64,000 nucleotides of DNA from an uncultured Bacteriovoracaceae bacterium (lineage in GTDB: Bacteria; Bdellovibrionota; Bacteriovoracia; Bacteriovoracales; Bacteriovoracaceae). The stretch spans positions 32,001 through 96,000 of the forward strand of contig CAXGUD010000011.1 of the NCBI GenBank assembly GCA_964012805.1, given 5' to 3'. The notes under the pieces are model-generated. The model was not told the DNA's origin and made no database searches. It saw nothing but the letters and a program-made list of their open reading frames with translations. Both the position numbers and the translations under genes were made by a program. Positions 57,940 to 64,000 of this stretch are shown here, in pieces; the stretch's first letter is position 1, and each line of letters starts with the position of its first letter.

Positions 57940-59295
57940 ATGGTTGAAACATCTGAGGTTTTATTCCTTGTTGTATGCTTTTTCTTTTCTGGTTTTTACT
58001 CTTCCTCAGAGGCAGTTTTAATGTCTATAGGAATAGACAGGGCCCGTCAGATGATCGAACAGGGTGGAAGCCGGGGAAAAGTCATGACTTTCATGGTTGA
58101 AAAGTCTAACGAAATATTAAGTACGATACTTGTGGGCAATAATATTGCCAATATTCTTGCAGCAAGTTTGGTAACCATTATTACTTCAAGAATTTTCAAG
58201 TCTGATGTGGTTAGTATCAGTACTGGTATCACTACAATTGTCATTTTAATTTTCGGAGAAATCATTCCGAAAACTTTTGCCAGGGCCCATGCAGAAAAAT
58301 TTGTTGTGCCAGTAATTAGCTTTTTAAAATGGAATTATTTTTTATTTTTTCCAATTGTAAAGCTTATGACTTGGATCACTAGAAGTGTTTTAGGGGAAAA
58401 GGGTGAGCTAACAGGAAGGTTGGTTACAAGAAAAGACATTGAATACCTTATCAATAAAGCGGATAGAGAAAACACGATAGATGCGAAACAGATAGACCTA
58501 TTAACCTCAATTTTAGAATTTCCTAAAATTAAGGTTAAGGATATTATGATCCTTAGGTCTCAGGTAAAGTACGTAAATCATGATTTAAATTTTTCGGAAA
58601 TTGTTAATTACATTAATAAGGATAGCCATAGTCGTTATCCTGTATGTGAAGGTGACCTTGATCACGCATTGGGATTTCTTCACGTCAAAGATTTGGCTTG
58701 TGTTGAGGCCGAAAAAAGAGAAGATTTTGAAATTCGAAAGATATTGAAGAAGCCTTTTTATGTTTACGAGCATATGAGGATCCATGCAGTCTTCGATTAT
58801 ATGAATAAAAAGAAAGTCCATCTTGCACTTGTTAAAGATGAGAATGGTCTCATCGTTGGAATCGTGACCTTGGAAGATATTATTGAAGAAATTGTTGGGG
58901 AAATTCAGGATGAACACGATGTGGAGGAAGATAGATTAAAAGCTAGTCAAGAACAAGGATCACTGAAAAGTGGAATAGTTCTTGAGGGACACGTGAACTT
59001 GAGGGATTTACAAAATGACTATGACGTGAAAATTCCTCTCAATGATAATTACTCTACACTTGCTGGTTTTATTCTGGATATGCTTGGAAATAACTTTCCA
59101 GAACAAGGTCAGATTATAGTTTGGGAAGGCTTTTCTTTTGAAATCTATAAGGTAGATAATCTCGAAATTAAAGAAATAAAAATAAGTGATGTGGATGGTG
59201 AGAGGCATCTATTTTCTAAGCAAGAGTCAGATTTAGACGGTAAACCTGACTCTAAACCAGCGAATGTTACTTTTGCAAAAGATAAGTCAGAGTGA
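57940..59295 (+). CDS. CNNM/CorB (HlyC/CorC family) Mg2+/Co2+ transporter: DUF21 + CBS pair + CorC_HlyC
   Basis: SGFYSSSE, TILVGNN, IFGEIIPK, HSRYPV, GIVTLEDIIEEIVGEIQDEHD, YSTLAGF. Confidence 0.93.
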   Translation: MVETSEVLFLVVCFFFSGFYSSSEAVLMSIGIDRARQMIEQGGSRGKVMTFMVEKSNEILSTILVGNNIANILAASLVTIITSRIFKSDVVSISTGITTIVILIFGEIIPKTFARAHAEKFVVPVISFLKWNYFLFFPIVKLMTWITRSVLGEKGELTGRLVTRKDIEYLINKADRENTIDAKQIDLLTSILEFPKIKVKDIMILRSQVKYVNHDLNFSEIVNYINKDSHSRYPVCEGDLDHALGFLHVKDLACVEAEKREDFEIRKILKKPFYVYEHMRIHAVFDYMNKKKVHLALVKDENGLIVGIVTLEDIIEEIVGEIQDEHDVEEDRLKASQEQGSLKSGIVLEGHVNLRDLQNDYDVKIPLNDNYSTLAGFILDMLGNNFPEQGQIIVWEGFSFEIYKVDNLEIKEIKISDVDGERHLFSKQESDLDGKPDSKPANVTFAKDKSE

Positions 59296-59306
59296 GTTTG
59301 ACACTT

Positions 59307-59633
59307 CTACTTTAGCGGCTTAATTGTAATTTCGTTTTTTAGTATTTTTGCCCTGCACGATAATCTGACTGTTTTGTTCTTTAAAAACTCTTCACCATGT
59401 TTTTCCGTATAAGTTTCTTTTAGATGCCTGACTGTATCAGATTCAATATGGCCGGGATCTCTTAGGTTATCCTCTCCTTCCAAAACAATCATTCTACATG
59501 AACCACAGGACCCTGCTAAACACCCATGGGGGAGCTTTTTGCCCTGCCTTTCTAATGCATGGTATATAATTTCGTCTTCTTCAGCTTCATAAGTGAAAAT
59601 GTTATCATTTTCTTTTAATGACACTTTGGGCAT
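59307..59633 (-). CDS. 2Fe-2S ferredoxin
   Basis: LPHGCLAGSCGSC ... RLSC. Confidence 0.9.
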   Translation of the reverse strand: MPKVSLKENDNIFTYEAEEDEIIYHALERQGKKLPHGCLAGSCGSCRMIVLEGEDNLRDPGHIESDTVRHLKETYTEKHGEEFLKNKTVRLSCRAKILKNEITIKPLK

Positions 59634-59773
59634 ATGGTTTTCATCCTCGAGCGTTTAAAATTCGGCTGTTTTCTAACGTTACTCTTCGAGTTGCTATACT
59701 CTTGAGTGCGACTTCTCGTCTTCTTTGAAATAAAGTTGAGGGGAATCAGCTGAGAAATAATTGCCAGGAGCAA

Positions 59774-60886
59774 ATGATGTTAAAATTTGAAACTTTATAC
59801 AAGGAAGGACACGAAGAAGTAGTTTTCTTTAGTGATCCCTCTTGTAACTTAAAAGTTATTATTGCCATTCATAATACTATTCTAGGGCCTGCTTTGGGCG
59901 GAACCAGAATGTGGCCTTACAAGAATGAAGAGGAGGCTTTAAGCGATGTTTTAAGGCTTTCTAAGGGAATGACTTATAAGGCAGCTGTTGCTGGTCTGAA
60001 TTTAGGTGGAGGAAAAGCTGTCATTATTGGCGATCCAGTCCAAGATAAGTCTGAAGCTCTTTTTAGATGCTATGGTAGGTTTTTAGAGTCGCTTAATGGA
60101 AGATACATTACCGCAGAAGACGTCAATATTACTGTTGAAGATATAGAACATATTTTTACCGAGACTTCCAATGTTTGTGGTGTTGCAAAGATCCATGGAG
60201 GTTCTGGAAATCCAGCTCCTTTTACTGCCCTAGGGACTTTTAGGGGGATAGAGGCTTCTTGCTTAAAAACTTTTGGAGATAGATCTGTAAAAGGCAAGGT
60301 TTTTGCTTTGCAAGGAGCAGGGTCTGTTGGTTGCCATCTAGGAAAATTATTAAGTGATAATGGTGCGAAAGTTTTCTTTTGTGACATTAATGAAAAAAAT
60401 GTTGAAAGGTTTAAAGAGTTTGTACCTAATGCTGAAAGGGTTTCAGTGGATGAGATTTATGACATCCCATGTGACGTCTACTCTCCCTGTGCTTTAGGAG
60501 CAACCATTAATGATGACACGATTGAACGACTTAAGTGTAGAGTCGTGGCTGGTTGCGCAAATAATCAATTAGCTGAAAACAGGCATGGAGATATTCTTAA
60601 AGAAAAAGATATTTTGTATGCCCCAGATTATTTGATTAATGCAGGCGGTTTGATGAATGTTTCTATTGAGTTTGAGGGTTGGTCAGAAGATAAGGCCACG
60701 AGAATGGTCGATACAATCTATGACACAACGTTAGAAATTTTTAAAAAATCAGATAAAGACGATATCCCAGTTCATCAAGCCACTGATTTGTTAGCTGAGC
60801 AGAGAATTCAATCTATTAAGAATATTAAGGGGCGTTACCTAGGTAGATTGGCCCATAGGTTTCCTGGCAGAAAAAAATTGATTTAA
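59774..60886 (+). CDS. Leucine dehydrogenase (Glu/Leu/Phe/Val dehydrogenase family)
   Basis: GPALGGTR, GMTYK, LGGGKAV, YITAEDV, QGAGSVG, ANNQL, NAGG. Confidence 0.93.
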   Translation: MMLKFETLYKEGHEEVVFFSDPSCNLKVIIAIHNTILGPALGGTRMWPYKNEEEALSDVLRLSKGMTYKAAVAGLNLGGGKAVIIGDPVQDKSEALFRCYGRFLESLNGRYITAEDVNITVEDIEHIFTETSNVCGVAKIHGGSGNPAPFTALGTFRGIEASCLKTFGDRSVKGKVFALQGAGSVGCHLGKLLSDNGAKVFFCDINEKNVERFKEFVPNAERVSVDEIYDIPCDVYSPCALGATINDDTIERLKCRVVAGCANNQLAENRHGDILKEKDILYAPDYLINAGGLMNVSIEFEGWSEDKATRMVDTIYDTTLEIFKKSDKDDIPVHQATDLLAEQRIQSIKNIKGRYLGRLAHRFPGRKKLI

Positions 60887-60899
60887 TTCACAAAGTAAA

Positions 60900-60930
60900 A
60901 TGGACGGTTTTAAGGGGAAAAGCCGTCCAT
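60900..60930. terminator. Stem-loop after leucine dehydrogenase (terminator or RNA-stability hairpin)
   Basis: ATGGACGGTTTT ... AAAAGCCGTCCAT inverted repeat; weak T tail on + strand. Confidence 0.6.
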
Positions 60931-60966
60931 GTTCTTAGCTGTTTCGTGGTGTGTTATCCTTAGCAT

Positions 60967-62175
60967 GTGAAAAGATCAATTAGAGTTTCATTACATCTCA
61001 TCTTCTTAATAATGCCCCTTTTTTTAGGGTCAAGGGCTTCCTTAGCTTCCCAACTAGGTTTTGAAGACGCAATTTTTCCGGAGCTAGCTGTCTCAGGTAG
61101 GGCCCTAGCGCTTGGAGGAGCCTATATTTCAAAGGTTGATGATAGTTCAGCACCTTTTTATAACCCCGCCGGGCTTGGATCGGTAAGAGATATAAAGTTT
61201 CACCTTAGTAACCTGCATGCTGAGACCAATATGGGGTGGATGAAAGTCGCAACTGGTGGAAAAATAACCGATGCTATCACTAATTTACCTACCGCCCTCA
61301 CCATGGTCGGACAAATGAAAAACCTTAAATCTAAGCCTGGTAATACGACCAGTACACGCTATCAATTTATTCCCAACATTACAGCGCGTTTTTTTAGCGT
61401 AGGAGCACTTTTCTCAAGAAAAACAAGAATGAGGGTTAAGAGTACCAATGATACAGATGTTTGTGCTACAAAATGTGTTGAATTTGCTGACAGGACTGAC
61501 TTTGGGCTTTATGGCTCAATGAACCTTTCTCTTTTTGGTGGAATTATTAAGGGAGGGGCTACGGCAACTTATCTTACAAGAAATGAGCTTGATGGAACTT
61601 CAGATGTTTCTGGCAGCGATATTGGTGCTACTAATGATTTTAATACTGCTATTGGAGAGGGCAATTATAAAAAAGGATCGGCCCTCATTATAACAGGTGG
61701 AGCTAAGCTAACCTTGCCTATTAGTTGGCTTCCCATTTTTTCTGCGACAATTCATAATGCTATAGGTAAAAACTTCGAGACCACTCGTCGTGCTGGGCCT
61801 CCAGATAAGATTAAAACCTCTATTGATGTAGGCTTTTCGGTTACACCTAAGATAGGCTCAAAAACCAGGATGAGTATTGAAGTCAATTATAAGGACCTGA
61901 CAAACCAGCATAAAGTAATAGTTGAAAGTGAAGAAAAGCCGTTGCCAGTCATTAGAAGAGTTTTGGTTGGTGTGGAGTTAGACTTTTCAAGGTCTTTCTT
62001 TCTTCGGTTTGGATATGGTGATTCCTATGGGACTGCCGGTTTAGGCTTTAAATCAAAAACTGTCGATTTTGATTTAACAACTTACTCAGTTAACCCAGAA
62101 CCTTCTGACCAAAATTTTAGAGGGGATGAAGATCGAAGAATTTCTCTCAGCTTATCCACAGGCTTTGGCTTTTAG
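60967..62175 (+). CDS. Outer-membrane beta-barrel protein (FadL/PorV/TraF-like N-terminus)
   Basis: Signal peptide, RALALGGAY..DDSSAPFYNPAGL, amphipathic strands, terminal Phe. Confidence 0.72.
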   Translation: MKRSIRVSLHLIFLIMPLFLGSRASLASQLGFEDAIFPELAVSGRALALGGAYISKVDDSSAPFYNPAGLGSVRDIKFHLSNLHAETNMGWMKVATGGKITDAITNLPTALTMVGQMKNLKSKPGNTTSTRYQFIPNITARFFSVGALFSRKTRMRVKSTNDTDVCATKCVEFADRTDFGLYGSMNLSLFGGIIKGGATATYLTRNELDGTSDVSGSDIGATNDFNTAIGEGNYKKGSALIITGGAKLTLPISWLPIFSATIHNAIGKNFETTRRAGPPDKIKTSIDVGFSVTPKIGSKTRMSIEVNYKDLTNQHKVIVESEEKPLPVIRRVLVGVELDFSRSFFLRFGYGDSYGTAGLGFKSKTVDFDLTTYSVNPEPSDQNFRGDEDRRISLSLSTGFGF

Positions 62176-62315
62176 TAATTAGCATTGTGTGTAACGGCTT
62201 GCCCTTTCTTTCCTAGAATGTTTAAAGTCTTCTAAGAGCAAATTTTTAACGCATAATCTAATATTTAGATTTTTATGCAGCAATCCGAAAATTAACCTAT
62301 AAAAAAGATAAACTA

Positions 62316-64000
62316 ATGGAAAAACGAGCGATGGGTACAATGGAAGAAAAATTAGCTTTAGCAAAAAAATACGGACTTTCTGGAGAAGACCTAAAGGACT
62401 TTTTAAGGAATATTTATTTGTCTAGAAAGCTCGATGATGCAGAAATAAATATGCGTAAGCAGAATAAGGCCTTTTTTCAAATATCTAGTGCGGGGCATGA
62501 AGGCATTTTGTCTGCGGTAGGAAAAGTTTTAAGGCCAAATTATGATTTCTTTATTCCTTACTATAGAGATAGGGCTTTGTGCTTGTCTCTCGGTGTGACT
62601 CCTTATGAGATGCTCTGCCAAGCAAATGGTAATGAAGGCGATAAGGCTTCTGGAGGTAGGCAAATGCCTGCTCATTGGGGTCATAAAGACTTCAATATTA
62701 TTTCAAAATCTTCCTGTACAGGAACTCAATTTCTTCAGGCCTGTGGTCTCGCTGAGAGCGGTATTTTCTTTGCCGATTTAGAAAAGCAAGGAGTAGATGT
62801 TTCTAAGTTTTCTTTTAATAAAGATGAAATTATTTATACTTCATGTGGGGATGGAACAACTTCTCAGGGAGAGTTTTGGGAATCTTTAACTACAGCTTGT
62901 GTTAATGAGCTCCCTATTATGTTTTTGGTAGAAGACAATGGATACGCTATATCTGTTCCTGTTGAGGTCCAAACTCCCGGTGGCTCAATTTCAGAAGCTT
63001 TAAAGACTTTTCCTGGTTTAAAAATTTTTAAATGTGATGGAAACTGCCCTATTGAAAGTTATGCAACGGCTTTTGAAGCAGCAAAGTATATTAGAGAGGA
63101 AAGAAAGCCTGTTCTTTTTCACGCCAATGTAACAAGACCTTATTCGCACTCCTTGTCTGACGATCATAAAAATTACAGGACAAAAAGTGAATTAGAAGAT
63201 GAGTCTAAAATTGATGTCATTAACTCATTCCCGAACCTTCTAATGGCAGCAGGAGTTTTAAGCGAGGAAGAAAACAAAAAAATAATTGAAAGTGTTGCTT
63301 TGGAAGTTAAAGAGTCTATGGATAGGGCCATCGAAACACCGTGGCCACCAATAGAGACTTCCACTGATTATTTATATTCAAGTACTATAGATCCTAGGTC
63401 AGATGATTTTGAAAAAGGGCCCAGCTTTTCTGGAAAAGATGATATTCCTATGGCACTTGCTCTCAATAAAACTTTGAAGACAGAGGTTTCTAAAAATCCA
63501 TTTATAAGAATGTTTGGTGAAGATGTTGCTGACTTTTCTGAGCTAGAGAAGTTAGATGATAAAGACCTTAAAGGGAAAGGTGGTGTTTTTAGTATTTCAA
63601 AAGGGGTTCAAAGAGTTGGTTATACAGGGCAGGTTTTTAATTCTCCCTTAGCTGAGGCAAACATTATAGGTCGAGCAATAGGGATGGCCCTAAGAGGTAT
63701 TAAGCCTGTTGTTGAAATTCAGTTTTTTGATTATATATGGACAGCCTACATGCAGCTCAAAAACGAAATGGCAACCACTCGGTATAGATCAGGTGGAGAC
63801 TATTCCTGTCCAATGGTTGTTAGGGTTCCTATCGGTGGATACCTTAGAGGTGGCTCCATTTATCACTCCCAGTGTGGTGAATCTCTTTTTACTCATATAC
63901 CAGGGCTCTACGTCTGTTTTCCATCCAATGCACTTGATGCAATGGGATTATTAAGGACCGCAATTAATTGTGATGATCCTGTGATGTTTCTGGAGCATAA
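62316..64000 (+). CDS. Branched-chain 2-oxoacid dehydrogenase E1, fused alpha/beta subunits, 3'-truncated (not in ORF track)
   Basis: Open frame from ATG62316 to the edge: FFQISSAGHE, PYYRDR, GGRQMPAHWG, TPP motif GDGTTSQGE..EDN, FGEDVA, FNSPLAEANIIG, VEIQFFDY, DDPVMFLEH. Confidence 0.93.
   Translation, partial: MEKRAMGTMEEKLALAKKYGLSGEDLKDFLRNIYLSRKLDDAEINMRKQNKAFFQISSAGHEGILSAVGKVLRPNYDFFIPYYRDRALCLSLGVTPYEMLCQANGNEGDKASGGRQMPAHWGHKDFNIISKSSCTGTQFLQACGLAESGIFFADLEKQGVDVSKFSFNKDEIIYTSCGDGTTSQGEFWESLTTACVNELPIMFLVEDNGYAISVPVEVQTPGGSISEALKTFPGLKIFKCDGNCPIESYATAFEAAKYIREERKPVLFHANVTRPYSHSLSDDHKNYRTKSELEDESKIDVINSFPNLLMAAGVLSEEENKKIIESVALEVKESMDRAIETPWPPIETSTDYLYSSTIDPRSDDFEKGPSFSGKDDIPMALALNKTLKTEVSKNPFIRMFGEDVADFSELEKLDDKDLKGKGGVFSISKGVQRVGYTGQVFNSPLAEANIIGRAIGMALRGIKPVVEIQFFDYIWTAYMQLKNEMATTRYRSGGDYSCPMVVRVPIGGYLRGGSIYHSQCGESLFTHIPGLYVCFPSNALDAMGLLRTAINCDDPVMFLEH

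Noticed and set aside
62152..62160. Perfect DnaA box TTATCCACA
   Set aside because: Single copy inside a coding 3' end; no box cluster or origin-associated genes.
63709..63954. 81-aa + strand ORF (and 63173-63364 on -)
   Set aside because: Out-of-frame or antisense within the E1 alpha/beta gene that runs off the window.

Overview
AT-rich, gene-dense, mostly + strand chromosomal segment. Gene content points to a predatory Bdellovibrionota genome, probably Bacteriovoracales/Halobacteriovorax-like; this is inferred from a RomR homologue, a TadC-DUF192-FHA cluster and general protein style, not from a marker gene. Housekeeping content includes: an acyl/propionyl-CoA carboxylase, hflKC, methylmalonyl-CoA mutase + MeaB, an M16 peptidase, hemW-grpE-dnaK-dnaJ, an LpoA-like lipoprotein, mreB, Dpp-type permeases + nagZ, birA, rph-rdgB-tRNA-Pro, smc, lolA, a lytic transglycosylase, rimO, epmA, ftsY-zapA-ygfA-rny, dus, a Nudix hydrolase, a CNNM/CorB transporter, a ferredoxin, leucine dehydrogenase and a fused 2-oxoacid dehydrogenase E1 (missing from the ORF track, runs off the right edge). 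No mobile element, CRISPR array or rRNA was seen. The most interesting region is 25.4-34.2 kb: a TadC fused to an exported Cys-paired Sel1-like domain, DUF192, three membrane-anchored FHA proteins, a degenerate PP2C phosphatase and RomR, which together look like a phosphothreonine-wired Tad-pilus/cell-pole module. Other notable items are an unannotated 36-aa very basic ORF (19266-19376, - strand), a structured uORF-containing leader upstream of the CNNM gene, a LITAF-like Zn-ribbon membrane protein paired with an uncharacterised membrane protein, a large Ig-repeat lipoprotein, a PilZ gene behind an mreB lacking mreCD, and no 6S RNA at its usual zapA-ygfA position. All family calls come from motif recognition by eye; no searches were run.
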